Assembly: GCA_965225945.1 (NCBI GenBank)
Contig: CBDDBZ010000039.1
Span: 416,001 to 480,000, forward strand
Length of the DNA stretch: 64,000 nt
Direction: 5' to 3'
DNA from: Alphaproteobacteria bacterium
GTDB lineage: Bacteria; Pseudomonadota; Alphaproteobacteria; GCA-2731375
A program made the position numbers and the translations under genes. Every line of letters starts with the position of its first letter. Position 1 is the first letter of the stretch. Below, in pieces: positions 38,405 through 50,193 of this stretch. The notes under the pieces are model-generated. The model was given only the letters and a program-made list of their open reading frames with translations. It searched no databases and was not told the DNA's origin.

Positions 38405-40345
38405 ATGAGCCGAGGACTGCTTTCCGGCGCGGCGCTGATCGTGGCGGCGATCCTGACCGTGGCGTTGAACGTGATCGCCGCCAACGGTTTCCGTTCGGCC
38501 CGGCTGGATCTGACCGCCGATTCCCTCTACGCGCTGAACCCGGGCTCGCGCAACGTGCTCGCCTCGCTGGAGGAGCCGGTGACGCTGCGCTTCTATTTCT
38601 CCGAGCGTGTCGCCAACCAGACCCCGCAGCTCAAGCGCTACGGCCAGCGGGTGCGCGAGATGTTGGAGCAATACGCGCTGATCGCCGAGGGCAAGATCCG
38701 GCTCGAGGTGATCGATCCCGAGCCTTTCACCGACCAGGAGGACGACGCGGTCCGCAACGGCCTCGGCACGGTCCCGATCACGGTCGACGAGAACCTCTAC
38801 TTCGGCCTGGTCGGCACCAACACGGTCGACGACCGCGAGGTGATCTCCTTCTTCCAGAGCGGCAAGGAAGCCTTCCTCGAATACGACCTGACGCGGCTGA
38901 TCTACAATCTGAGCGAGCCGAGGAAGCCGAAGGTCGGCCTGATCACCGCGCACCAGATGAACCAGGACATCTCGCCGCTGCTGACCTTCGGCGGGCGGGG
39001 GCCACAGCAATGGGCGATCGTGCCGCAATTGCGCGCGGTCTTCGAGTTGGAGACCATCGATTTGGAGGCAGCGACGATCGGCGAGGATATCGACGTGCTG
39101 CTGCTCGTGCATCCGCCCCGGCTTTCGCCCGAGATGAGCTATGCGATCGACCAGTTCGTGCTCGGGGGCGGCCGCGCGGTGGTCATGGTCGATCCCTTCT
39201 CGGAGGTCGGCGCCGCCTTCAGCAACCAGCAGCGCCAGGCGGGCGGCGCCCTGGTGCCGGAAAGCTCGAAGCTCGACAAGCTGTTCGCCGCCTGGGGCGT
39301 CGAGCTCGCCGTCGACCAGTTCGTCGGCGACTGGAATCATGCCCAGCGGGTCAACGTCGGCGGGATGGGGGGGGCCAAGGCGATGCGCTATCTCTCCTGG
39401 TTGGCGCTGCGGCCGGCCACCTACGACCGCGACGACGTGATCATGGCCGGGCTCGGGCCGATCGTGGTGGCGAGCGCCGGCAGCCTCTCCAAGCGGGAAG
39501 GCGCGACGACCGAGTTCAAGTCCCTGATCCGGAGCAGCGCGGAATCGATGCTGTTCGCCTCCTCCTTCCTGCGCTCCGGTCCCAAACCGCGGAATCTGAT
39601 CGCCAACTTCAAGGCGACCGAGGACCGCTACGTGATGGCGGCCCGCATCTCCGGCATGATCAAAAGTGCCTTTCCCGACGGCCGGCCGAAGCCCGAGGCC
39701 GAGGCCGAGGTAAAAGCGAAAGCGGACGAGAAGCCCGCGGACGCGCCGCATATCGCGGAAAGCAAGGTGGCGATCAACCTGGTCATCGTCGCCGACGGCG
39801 ACATGGTCTTCGATCAGTTCTGGACCCGCGAGCAGGACCTGCTCGGCCAGCGGCTCTTCGTGCAGACCGCGGCCAACGCCGACTTCGTGATCAATGCGCT
39901 GGATCATCTGGCCGGTTCGGAGGATTTGATCTCACTCCGCAGTCGCGGCAAGTCGGAGCGCCGTTTCGAGGTCCTGGCGGCGCTGCGGCGCGAGGCCGAG
40001 AAGGCCTTCCTCGACCAGGAACGCGTGCTCGCCGAGAAGCTCGAGGCGACGCGCAAGCGCCTGGTCGAGCTCCAGGGCAAGGCGCGACCCGGCGCCGGCG
40101 GCGGTAGCCTGATTTCCAAGAAGCAGCAGGCGGAGATCGGCAAGGCCCAGGTGGTAATCCGCCAGACCCGGCGCGAGCTGCGCGATGTGCAGCACGACCT
40201 GAACAAGGATATCGATCGACTGGAGACCCGCCTGAAGTTCGCCAACATCGGTGCCGTGCCGGTCCTGATCGGACTGTTGGCGCTGGGCCTGGCGGTGACG
40301 CGGGCGGCCCGGCGGCGACGTAACGTCGCCGGCCGTCGGGATTGA
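38405..40345 (+). CDS. GldG / ABC transporter auxiliary component
   Basis: RLDLTADSLYAL, LEYDLTR, DQFVLGGG, VMVDP and NADFVINALDHL motifs, C-terminal coiled coil and TM. Confidence 0.88.
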   Translation: MSRGLLSGAALIVAAILTVALNVIAANGFRSARLDLTADSLYALNPGSRNVLASLEEPVTLRFYFSERVANQTPQLKRYGQRVREMLEQYALIAEGKIRLEVIDPEPFTDQEDDAVRNGLGTVPITVDENLYFGLVGTNTVDDREVISFFQSGKEAFLEYDLTRLIYNLSEPRKPKVGLITAHQMNQDISPLLTFGGRGPQQWAIVPQLRAVFELETIDLEAATIGEDIDVLLLVHPPRLSPEMSYAIDQFVLGGGRAVVMVDPFSEVGAAFSNQQRQAGGALVPESSKLDKLFAAWGVELAVDQFVGDWNHAQRVNVGGMGGAKAMRYLSWLALRPATYDRDDVIMAGLGPIVVASAGSLSKREGATTEFKSLIRSSAESMLFASSFLRSGPKPRNLIANFKATEDRYVMAARISGMIKSAFPDGRPKPEAEAEVKAKADEKPADAPHIAESKVAINLVIVADGDMVFDQFWTREQDLLGQRLFVQTAANADFVINALDHLAGSEDLISLRSRGKSERRFEVLAALRREAEKAFLDQERVLAEKLEATRKRLVELQGKARPGAGGGSLISKKQQAEIGKAQVVIRQTRRELRDVQHDLNKDIDRLETRLKFANIGAVPVLIGLLALGLAVTRAARRRRNVAGRRD

Positions 40346-40411
40346 ATTTGGCGGCGCCCTCGCGGGGGCGGGGCAGTCGGGCGCACTATCGAAAGGCCAT
40401 GGGCGAGAGCG

Positions 40412-41512
40412 ATGGGATTCAAGTCATTCGTGATCTTGGCGGGGGTGACCGTGCTGGCGGTCGTCGGCGCCGCTTATTTGCTGCAGCAGCGCGAGCAGCG
40501 CCTGGGCCTGCCGTCGGTGCCGGCGGTGCTGTTCCCGGATCTGCTGGACCGGGTCAACGAGGTCGCGAGGGTCGAGGTGGTCTCGCCGGCGGAGAGCTTC
40601 ACGATAGCCAAGCGGGACGACGATACCTGGGGCATGGAGGAGAAGCGGAATTATCCCGTGCTCTTCGAGACGGTGAAGCAGGCCGCCATCGGCATCGCCG
40701 GCATGCGGCCGTTGGAGGCGAAGACGGCGAATCCCGACCGCCACGAAAAGCTCCGGGTTCTGGACCCCCGCGCGGAAGGGGAGGTCAAGGGCAAGGGCAC
40801 GCTGGTTCGGCTGCTGGACGGCGAGGGTGGCGAGGTCGCCGCCGTCATCATCGGTAAGACCCGCTCGATCTCCACCGCCGAGCGGGAAGGCTGGTACTAC
40901 GTCCGCCGGCCGGAGCAGCCCCGCACCTGGCTCGTCGCCGCCCGGATCGAGGCCAACGAGAAGGCGCTCCGCTGGCTCGACGCCACCATGGTGCGGATCG
41001 CCCGGCCCCGGATCCGCGCCGCCGCCACCCGCCAGGCCGACGGGGCCACGGTGGAGATCTCCCGGCCCGACACCGCCACCACCGATTTCACCATCGACAA
41101 CGTGCCCGAGGGGATGAAGCCGTACCACAAGACCGTGGCCAACGATCTGGGCGCGGCGCTGGGCTACATCGCCTTCGACCACGTCAAGGGAGTGGAGGAG
41201 ATCGACTTCTCCGGCGCCTCCAGCGCCCGCTTCGAGACCTTCGACGGTCTCGTCCTCGATATCGACGTCGTCGAGCGGGACGGCAAGAAATGGGCCCGCT
41301 TCAAGGCCCGGTACGCGCCGGACCTGGCCCGGTTGGACGCGGTCGAGGAGGCGCAGAAGAAGCAGATGAAGTCGGCCGACGAGGTCGCCGAGGAGGCCGA
41401 GCTGATCAACCGGCGCTACGGCGTGTGGGCCTACAACCTGCCGAACTACAAGGCCGACGACCTGACCAAGCCGATGGAGAAGATGGTCATGAAGGCGGGC
41501 GACGGCGGGTGA
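40412..41512 (+). CDS. DUF4340 domain protein
   Basis: N-terminal anchor, LFPDL, W...NYP, IIGK...YVR, FETFDGL and WAYNLP motifs. Usual fourth gene of this operon type. Confidence 0.75.
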   Translation: MGFKSFVILAGVTVLAVVGAAYLLQQREQRLGLPSVPAVLFPDLLDRVNEVARVEVVSPAESFTIAKRDDDTWGMEEKRNYPVLFETVKQAAIGIAGMRPLEAKTANPDRHEKLRVLDPRAEGEVKGKGTLVRLLDGEGGEVAAVIIGKTRSISTAEREGWYYVRRPEQPRTWLVAARIEANEKALRWLDATMVRIARPRIRAAATRQADGATVEISRPDTATTDFTIDNVPEGMKPYHKTVANDLGAALGYIAFDHVKGVEEIDFSGASSARFETFDGLVLDIDVVERDGKKWARFKARYAPDLARLDAVEEAQKKQMKSADEVAEEAELINRRYGVWAYNLPNYKADDLTKPMEKMVMKAGDGG

Positions 41513-41549
41513 CATCTATGGGCGTGGACTCGCCCGCGAGGGCGCGTCG

Positions 41550-42622
41550 ATGACCGTGCTTGGGGATGCCAAACGGAGCGTGGTGCTGGCCGAACGGCCG
41601 GCCATGACCTCCGCCGCCCCTATCGCGCCGAGAGAGGCGGACTTCGCCCTGGTCGAGTCGGCTTTGGCCTCGCCGGGCCCGGGCGAAGTGCTGCTGGAGA
41701 ACCTCTACCTCAGCCTCGATCCCTACATGGCGGCCTACCTGCTGGGCCAGCACCTTTTCGGCGTCGCGGTGGAAGCGCGGGTGGCGAGCCGCGTCGTCGC
41801 CTCGCGGAATTCGGCGCTGGCGCCCGGCGACCTGATCTGGGGCTTTTTCGGCTGGGAGGATTACACCCTGCTGCCGGCGAGCCTGCGCGATGGCAAGGGC
41901 TATTCGGTGCTTCCCAACAGGATCGACCCGGCCCGATGGCCGCCGCGCGCGCCCTTTTCCAACGCGCTCTCCGTGCTCGGCATGCCGGGCCTCACCGCCC
42001 ATGTTGGCCTGATCGATATCGCCCGGCCGAGGCCGGGGAGACCGTCTTCGTCTCCTCGGCCGCCGGCGCGCTCGGCCAGATCGTCGGCCAGATCGCCCGC
42101 ATCGCCGGCTGCCGCGTGGTCGGCAGCGCTGGCGGGCCCGCGAAGGTCGCGTATCTGGAGGCGCTCGGCTTCGATGCCGCCTTCGACTACCGGGCAGCCG
42201 AGGACCTGGAGGCGACGCTGCGGCAGCACTGCCCCGACGGCATCGACATCTATTTCGACAACGTCGGCGGCGCGACGCTCGACGCCGCCCTCGCGCTGGC
42301 CAACGATCATGCCCGCTTTCCCCTCTGCGGCATGATCTCGACCTATGGCGAGGGCGGGCCCGAGGGCGTGGTCAACATGTTCCACGCCGTCCGCAAGCGG
42401 ATCACGCTCACCGGCTTCACCATTTACGATCATTACCCGGGGCGGATGGCGGCCTACCTCGACATCATGATCGGCTGGATGCGGGCCGGCGAGGTCCGCT
42501 ACACCGAGACCATCGTCGAGGGGTTGGAAAACCTGCCCGCCGCCTTCATCGCCATGCTCGCCGGCCGCCACGGCATCGGCAAGTGCCTGGTCAAACTCGC
42601 CCCCGACCCCTTCCAGGACTGA
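41550..42622 (+). pseudogene. NADP-dependent ene-reductase (CurA/PGR family) with a single frameshift
   Basis: YLSLDPYM...LSVLGMPGLTA in one frame and GETVFVSSAAGALG...GIDIYFDNVGG in another. The junction is at the G run 42035-42038. Confidence 0.8.
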
Positions 42623-42710
42623 CGCCGGAGGCTCGAATTGCTCCCACCGACGTCGAATGCGGCGCCGCCCGGATCGTCGCGCTCCGTTCGCTTGCGGCGA
42701 CCAAAGCGCC

Positions 42711-44150
42711 CTACGTCGCCTCGCCGGCCCAGGCGAGGTCGGGGCGGCGGCGGTGCCACTCGGTGGCCTGCTCGTAGGCTTGCGCGATGCGCAGCACCAT
42801 GGCCTCGCCCCGCGCCTTGCCGGTGATCATCAGGCCGACCGGCAGGCCCGCTTCGGTGAAGCCGCAGGGCACGGAGATCGAGCAGATCCCCAGCAGGTTG
42901 GCGATGCAGGTGTTACGTGAATAGGCTGTGTTCCATTCGGCGTAGATCTCCTGCGAGGCATCGACCACGGAGAGCGGCGCGGAGGGTCGCATGGTGGTCG
43001 GCGCGAGCACGGCGTCGATGTCGCGGAGCGTGCGCGCCGCCCGCTCGGCCAGGTCCTTGCACGCCTCGATCGCACGCAGATAGTCGACCGCCGAGGCCTC
43101 GTTGCCCGCGGCCACGCGGAACCGCAGGACCCGGTCGTAGTCCATGTCGCCCTCGCCGAGGCGTTCCTTGTGCGCCAACGCCGCCTCGACGGAGCTGATC
43201 AGCAGCCTCGGGTTGGCTTCGAGAACCTGCGCCGCCTCCTCGAAGGGGATGCTCTCGACCCGGGCGCCGAGATCGGCCAGCACGTCGGCCGCCGCGCGGG
43301 CCGCCGCCGCGACTTCGCCGTCGGCATCGTCCCAGAAGACGCTCTCGGCGACGGCGATGCGCAGCCCCCGCACGCCGTCCTCGAGGCCGCTGGTCACGTC
43401 CTGGCGGGCCGCCTCGCGGGTCGAGCGGTCGAGCGGATCGGCCCCGTGCATCGCCTGATAGGCATATGCGGCGTCGGCGACGGCGCGGGTCAGGGGTCCG
43501 ACCGAATCCAAGGTCGAGCTCAAGGGAAAGACGCCGGCCCGGCTGACCTGCCCGATGGTGGTCTTGAGCCCCACCGTGCCGCAGAGCGAGGCCGGGATGC
43601 GGACCGAGCCGCCGGTATCGCTGCCCAGCGCCATCGGCACCAGGCCCGCGGCGACCGCCACGGCCGAGCCGCTGGAGGAGCCGCCGGGCACATGATGGGT
43701 CGCGGCCCAAGGATTGTGCGGCGTGCCGTGGTGGTGGTTGATGCCGGGCGCGCCCATGGCGAACTGCACCGTCTGGGTCTTGCCCATGAGCACCATGCCC
43801 GAGCGCCCCAGCAGGCGGACCACGGTGGCGTCGGCCTCGGCGACGTTGTTGTCCAACCGGTTGGAGCCCGCCGTGGTTACCAGGCCCTTGACGTCAATGA
43901 TGTCCTTGGCCGCGTAGGGAATGCCGTGCAGGGGCCCGGCGTCCTGTCCGGCGCCGAGGGCCAGTTCCGCCGCCTCCGCCGCCGCCAAGGCCCGCTCGCG
44001 TGGGATCAGGCGGAAGCTCGCGAGCGAGCCGTCCAGCGCCTCCGCCCGATCCAGCAGATGGGTCATCAGCTCGACCGGCGACAGCTCGCCGTCGTGAATC
44101 CGCCGCGAGAGCGTGCCGATCGATTGCCAGTGCAGAGGTGTCTCGGTCAT
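42711..44150 (-). CDS. Amidase signature family enzyme
   Basis: [27 protein letters not shown] and [13 protein letters not shown] (Ser-cisSer-Lys) motifs. Confidence 0.92.
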   Translation of the reverse strand: MTETPLHWQSIGTLSRRIHDGELSPVELMTHLLDRAEALDGSLASFRLIPRERALAAAEAAELALGAGQDAGPLHGIPYAAKDIIDVKGLVTTAGSNRLDNNVAEADATVVRLLGRSGMVLMGKTQTVQFAMGAPGINHHHGTPHNPWAATHHVPGGSSSGSAVAVAAGLVPMALGSDTGGSVRIPASLCGTVGLKTTIGQVSRAGVFPLSSTLDSVGPLTRAVADAAYAYQAMHGADPLDRSTREAARQDVTSGLEDGVRGLRIAVAESVFWDDADGEVAAAARAAADVLADLGARVESIPFEEAAQVLEANPRLLISSVEAALAHKERLGEGDMDYDRVLRFRVAAGNEASAVDYLRAIEACKDLAERAARTLRDIDAVLAPTTMRPSAPLSVVDASQEIYAEWNTAYSRNTCIANLLGICSISVPCGFTEAGLPVGLMITGKARGEAMVLRIAQAYEQATEWHRRRPDLAWAGEAT

Positions 44151-44181
44151 CTCGTTCTCTCCCTCATGCGCCCGGCGCCGC

Positions 44182-45039
44182 TCAGGTGTCGATGCCGCCC
44201 GGCCAGACCACCGTGCCCTTGAGGTCCGGCCAGGCGATGGGCGTGCCGTTGGCCGCCGCCGCCTCGGCGGGCGGAATGTCCGTATCCCAGGTGGCGGCGA
44301 TGAAGCGCCGCCCGCTCGTGCCGCCGCCGGCGTCCGAGACCAGCCAGCGCATGGGCAAGAACATCGCCTCGGGCCGGATCAGCTCCTCCCGCGCGAAACC
44401 CGCCTCCTCCGGCACCATCGGTGTGTCGGCGGGGCCGCCCGGCACCACTACATTGACGGTGATGGCGGTCTCGGCGAACTCCTCCGCCCAGGACGCCGAA
44501 GCCGCCTCCAGCGCCGCCTTGGAGGCCGCGTAGGGCAGGTAACCGCCGCGCTGCATGGTGAAGAAGCTGGTGGTGACGTTGATGACGCGGCCGGCGCCGC
44601 GTTCCTCGAAATGCGCCAGCACGGCCTTCACCATGTTGAAGGGGCCGCCGGCGTTGACCGCGAGGAAGTCCCGCCACTGCGCGTGATCGACCTCGGCCGT
44701 CTTGACCGGATTGGTCATGTGGTCGGGCCGGACCCGCCCCATGCCGAGGCCGGCGTTGTTGATCAGCGCGTCGATCCGGCCGAAACGGGCCAGCACGATT
44801 TCGATCGCGCGATTGCAGGAGTCGGGATCGGTGACGTCGGCAATCAGCGGTAGGAAGCCGCCGGCTGCGTTGTCGAGCCGCCGCATCTCGCCTTCCAGCT
44901 CGGCGATTCCGTCGGGGCTGAGGTCGAGACTGGCGACCTGGGCGCCGTCCTGGACGAAGAAGCGCGTCAGCACGCGGCCGAAGCCACCGGCCCCGCCGGT
45001 GATGACGACGACCTTGCCCTGGACGCTCTCGGCGGTCAT
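44182..45039 (-). CDS. Short-chain dehydrogenase/reductase
   Basis: TGGAGGFG, INNAG and YAASK motifs. Confidence 0.9.
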   Translation of the reverse strand: MTAESVQGKVVVITGGAGGFGRVLTRFFVQDGAQVASLDLSPDGIAELEGEMRRLDNAAGGFLPLIADVTDPDSCNRAIEIVLARFGRIDALINNAGLGMGRVRPDHMTNPVKTAEVDHAQWRDFLAVNAGGPFNMVKAVLAHFEERGAGRVINVTTSFFTMQRGGYLPYAASKAALEAASASWAEEFAETAITVNVVVPGGPADTPMVPEEAGFAREELIRPEAMFLPMRWLVSDAGGGTSGRRFIAATWDTDIPPAEAAAANGTPIAWPDLKGTVVWPGGIDT

Positions 45040-45045
45040 CGGCCG

Positions 45046-46737
<1,692 letters not shown>

Positions 46738-46852
46738 CACTCGATTTCTCTCGGCAATTGGCGTCGCGGCACTAAGGCGCCGCGTGGACGGGAAGCCCGG
46801 CAAGGGTAGCGATCTCGCGCGGTCTTGACCAGCGTGTGTCTCCCGCCCCCGC

Positions 46853-47749
46853 TCAGGCACTCTCCCGCGCCGCCGCCAACAGCGCCATCTCCACGATTCC
46901 CCGCGCCTGCTTTAGGTGCGGCATGTCCAGCATCTTGCCATCGAGCGCCAGCGTGCCGGCGCCCGGGTTGTCGGCGAAGATCCGGATCACCGCTTCGGCA
47001 TGCGCGACCTCCTCGGCGCTCGGCGTGAAGGCCTGGTTGATGATGGCGACCTGGGCCGGGTGGATCGCAATCTTACCGGTGAAGCCGGACTGGCGGTCGT
47101 GGTGCGCCTCGCCCGCCAGCCCCTCGCCGTCGCGAAAGTCGGGATAGACCGAGCCCACCGGCTCCACGCCCGCCGCCTTGCTGGCCGCCAGGCAGAGCGA
47201 GCGGGCGAGCTTGAAGACGTCGTCGTAGCCGGAACCGTCGGGCGCCTGGTTGGTGAAGGCGCCGAGCGCCGCCGAGAGATCCTCCGCCCCCCAGGTCATG
47301 CCATAGAGCCGCTTCGTGGCGCCACAATAGGAGTGGAGGGTGAAGAGGGTGTGCGCCGTCTCGGTCGCCACCGCGAGAATTTGGGTCGCGCCCAATTCGA
47401 GGCCCTCGCGCGCCTCCAGCGCCGAGAGATAGTGGTCGAGCGTCACCGCGTCGCTCGCCGAATCCGGTTTCGGCAGCACAATGCCGTCGGGGCCGCCCGC
47501 CATGATGGCGGCGAGATCGGCCAGCGCCAGGTCGGTCGCGAGCGGGTTGATCCGGACCCAGAGCTGGCGCTTGGAGCGCTCGGGCGTCGCGGCCATGAAG
47601 TCGCGGACCATCTCACGGGCGATGCCCAAGCGGTCCTTGGCGACGGAATCCTCCAGATCGAGGATGATCGCGTCGGCCTCGCTCTCCTGGATCTTCGACA
47701 TCTTGCGCTCGCTGTCGCCGGGGACGAACAGCAGGGAACGAAGGCTCAT
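46853..47749 (-). CDS. CitE-like CoA-ester lyase
   Basis: RSLLFVPGD, DLEDSV, VRIN, LPK, WGAEDL, GKIAIHPAQ and GKMLDMPH motifs. Confidence 0.9.
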   Translation of the reverse strand: MSLRSLLFVPGDSERKMSKIQESEADAIILDLEDSVAKDRLGIAREMVRDFMAATPERSKRQLWVRINPLATDLALADLAAIMAGGPDGIVLPKPDSASDAVTLDHYLSALEAREGLELGATQILAVATETAHTLFTLHSYCGATKRLYGMTWGAEDLSAALGAFTNQAPDGSGYDDVFKLARSLCLAASKAAGVEPVGSVYPDFRDGEGLAGEAHHDRQSGFTGKIAIHPAQVAIINQAFTPSAEEVAHAEAVIRIFADNPGAGTLALDGKMLDMPHLKQARGIVEMALLAAARESA

Positions 47750-47757
47750 GGCGGACC

Positions 47758-48213
47758 TCAGGCGCCTGCGCGCTTGCGCATGAAGCCGGCCCGCTTGCAG
47801 TAGGCCACCTCCTCGTCGCGCTGGTTGAAGCCGAAATGCTCGAAGGTGACGACGCCCGCGTCGAGGCGCGACTTGCTCTCGCGCTTTTCCAACACTTTGG
47901 TCATCGAGCGGATGGTATCGCCGTGGAACACCGGCTTGACGAAGCGCACGTCGGTCATGCCGAGGTTGGCGATGGTGGTGCCGAGCGTGGTGTCGCCCAC
48001 CGAGACGCCGATCACCAGGCCGAGGGTGAAGAGGCTGTTGACGATGCGCTGGCCGAACTCGGTCTGCTTGGCGAACTCCTCGTCGAGATGCAGTGGCTGG
48101 GGATTGTGGGTCAGCGCGCAGAACAGGATATTGTCCATCTCGGTCACGGTTCGGGTGATCGAATGATGGAACTCCTGGCCGATCTCGAATTCGTCGAAAT
48201 ACAGTCCCGCCAT
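47758..48213 (-). CDS. MaoC-family (R)-hydratase
   Basis: GLYFDEF, RTVTEMDN...THNPQPLHLD and PVFHGDT motifs. Confidence 0.9.
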   Translation of the reverse strand: MAGLYFDEFEIGQEFHHSITRTVTEMDNILFCALTHNPQPLHLDEEFAKQTEFGQRIVNSLFTLGLVIGVSVGDTTLGTTIANLGMTDVRFVKPVFHGDTIRSMTKVLEKRESKSRLDAGVVTFEHFGFNQRDEEVAYCKRAGFMRKRAGA

Positions 48214-48249
48214 ATAGGCTTCTCCTCCTCGGCTGCGGTTGCGGATGGT

Positions 48250-48651
48250 TTATCGGATTTGGCCGCCCGTGCTCGATCGTTTCGCCGTCACCTCCACCTC
48301 GACACGCATTTCGGGACCGGCGAGGGCGCAGATGATCGTCGTGTTGGCGGGGCGGGCGGCCTCGCAGTTGCGCTTGATGATCGGCTTGATTTGCTCGAAC
48401 TCCTCGACGCTGGCGACGTAGATCCTGACCCGAAGCATGTTCTCGAGCCCGGCCCCCGCCTCGGCCAGCGCGGCGGCGATGTTGGCGAAGCATCGCTCGC
48501 ATTGGGCCTCGGCGCCGTCGGGAAAGGTCATCGTCGCGGGATCGAAGCCCGTGGTGCCGGAGAGGTAAATCATCTCTCCATCGATCACCGCGCGGGCATA
48601 GCCCGCCGCCGCCTCGAAGGGAGAACCCGAAAATATCCGTGTCCCGATCAT
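48250..48651 (-). CDS. RidA family protein
   Basis: SGSPFEAAAGYARAV, SGTTG, RPANT and VEVEVTA motifs. Confidence 0.85.
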   Translation of the reverse strand: MIGTRIFSGSPFEAAAGYARAVIDGEMIYLSGTTGFDPATMTFPDGAEAQCERCFANIAAALAEAGAGLENMLRVRIYVASVEEFEQIKPIIKRNCEAARPANTTIICALAGPEMRVEVEVTAKRSSTGGQIR

Positions 48652-48734
48652 CTGCCGCCTCCGCGCGCCAATGCTGGGTAGCGATGGTGGCGGGAACCGC
48701 CGATGTTGGCAAATGGCGGCGCGTCGATACCGCT

Positions 48735-48899
48735 TCAGGACCCTGGTGGGTCCGGCGCGGGCATATCGGTCTCGGCGGGCGGCAGGTCCATGGTCGCACC
48801 CTCCAGGCAGTCGCGCACGGGCGCTTCGGCGGCGCTGGAGAGCGTCGGCGCCATGGTGGCCAGGAGACCGATGGCGAGAAGACACCTAAGCATCATCAT
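48735..48899 (-). CDS. Possible small secreted peptide (54 aa)
   Basis: MMMLRCLLAIGLLATMAPTLSSAAEA is signal-like, followed by an acidic Pro-rich tail. GGAG upstream. Confidence 0.35.
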   Translation of the reverse strand: MMMLRCLLAIGLLATMAPTLSSAAEAPVRDCLEGATMDLPPAETDMPAPDPPGS

Positions 48900-49085
48900 G
48901 ATCTCCACGAGGTTCATCGCCTCGGCTTACAGGTCGCGGCGGCCTCTCGACTTCGAAATTTCGCGGCGGGTGCGAATATCGGTCGTGCCGGTCGTCACTC
49001 TCTCCTGGCGCTTTCGTTTCGGATTCGAAATGACCGCCTTCGTCGACAGTTTTATCGAAACGACAAAGGCTCGGCGCGCGCCGGC

Positions 49086-50165
49086 CTATTCCGCGGCCCG
49101 TGCGGTCGGCACGCCGACATCGTCGAGCGGGCCGAGCACCTTCTCGACCGCCGGGCGGATCTCGCTGGCGAACAATTCGATCGACTTCAACGCCTTGGCG
49201 TAGCTCGACCCGCCGACCTGGAAGTGGAACATGACGTGGCTCGGCCGGGCCTGGCGGATCTCCTCCACCAACCGCTCGGCGATGGTCTCGACGTCGCCGA
49301 CCAGCAGGTTGTCGGCCATCTCCTCGAGGGGGAGCTCGTTCGGCATCGGGACCTCGGTCATCATCGCGCCGTCGAGCACCTCCTGGCGGCGCCGCAGCGC
49401 GGAGGCGAGGCGCATCTGATGGCGGGCGTTCTCGACGTAGTCCAGCGTCTCCTCCCGGCTGTCGGTGACGCACATGAAGCGCTGGATGGCGAACGCCACG
49501 TTGTCCGCCGCCATGCCCGCGGCACGGTAGTTGGCCTCGAGGCGGGCCCGCTGCTCCACCAGGTAGTCGACGCCTTGCGCCCGCCCGGCGAACATCGGCA
49601 CGTAGCCGCGCTTCGCCGCGATATGGTGGATATCGTCGGAATCTCCGGCGATCCAGACCTCCGGCATGCCGTTGACCGGCTGGGCGCTGATGTGGGTCTC
49701 GGGCAATTGGTAGTGCTCGCCGTCGTAGCTGAAGGTCTCTTGGGTGAAGGCGAGCTCGACCATGTCCATGAATTCCATGGTCGCCTGCTTGGAGGTTGCG
49801 AGGTCCGCGCCGAAGCGCTCGAACTCGTAGCCCTGGTAGCCGCTGCCGATACCCAGGACCAGGCGCCCGCCGGTGAGCGAATCCGCCATGCCGATTTCGG
49901 CGATCAGGCGGGCCGGCGTATAGAGCGGCAGCACCACCACCGCCGGCGCCAACTTGATCCGGCTGGTGACGCCGGCGCAGCGGGCCACCATCATCAGCGG
50001 CGAGGGACAGACGCAATAGTTGGAGAAGTGATGCTCCGCGAACCAGGCGATCTCGAAGCCGGCCTCCTCCGCCAGCACCGTCTGCTCGACCGCCTCGTCG
50101 AACAGCCGCTTGGTCGGGGTGCCCCGCTCGCGGTAGCCCATCAGGTTGAACTGTCCGAAATGCAT
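49086..50165 (-). CDS. Luciferase-like (LLM) oxidoreductase
   Basis: AEEAGFEIAWFAEHHFSNY, GRLVLGIGSGYQ..EF and SIELFASEI motifs. Confidence 0.88.
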   Translation of the reverse strand: MHFGQFNLMGYRERGTPTKRLFDEAVEQTVLAEEAGFEIAWFAEHHFSNYCVCPSPLMMVARCAGVTSRIKLAPAVVVLPLYTPARLIAEIGMADSLTGGRLVLGIGSGYQGYEFERFGADLATSKQATMEFMDMVELAFTQETFSYDGEHYQLPETHISAQPVNGMPEVWIAGDSDDIHHIAAKRGYVPMFAGRAQGVDYLVEQRARLEANYRAAGMAADNVAFAIQRFMCVTDSREETLDYVENARHQMRLASALRRRQEVLDGAMMTEVPMPNELPLEEMADNLLVGDVETIAERLVEEIRQARPSHVMFHFQVGGSSYAKALKSIELFASEIRPAVEKVLGPLDDVGVPTARAAE

Positions 50166-50193
50166 CGCCGTCTCCTCCGCTCGTGGCTGTTCG

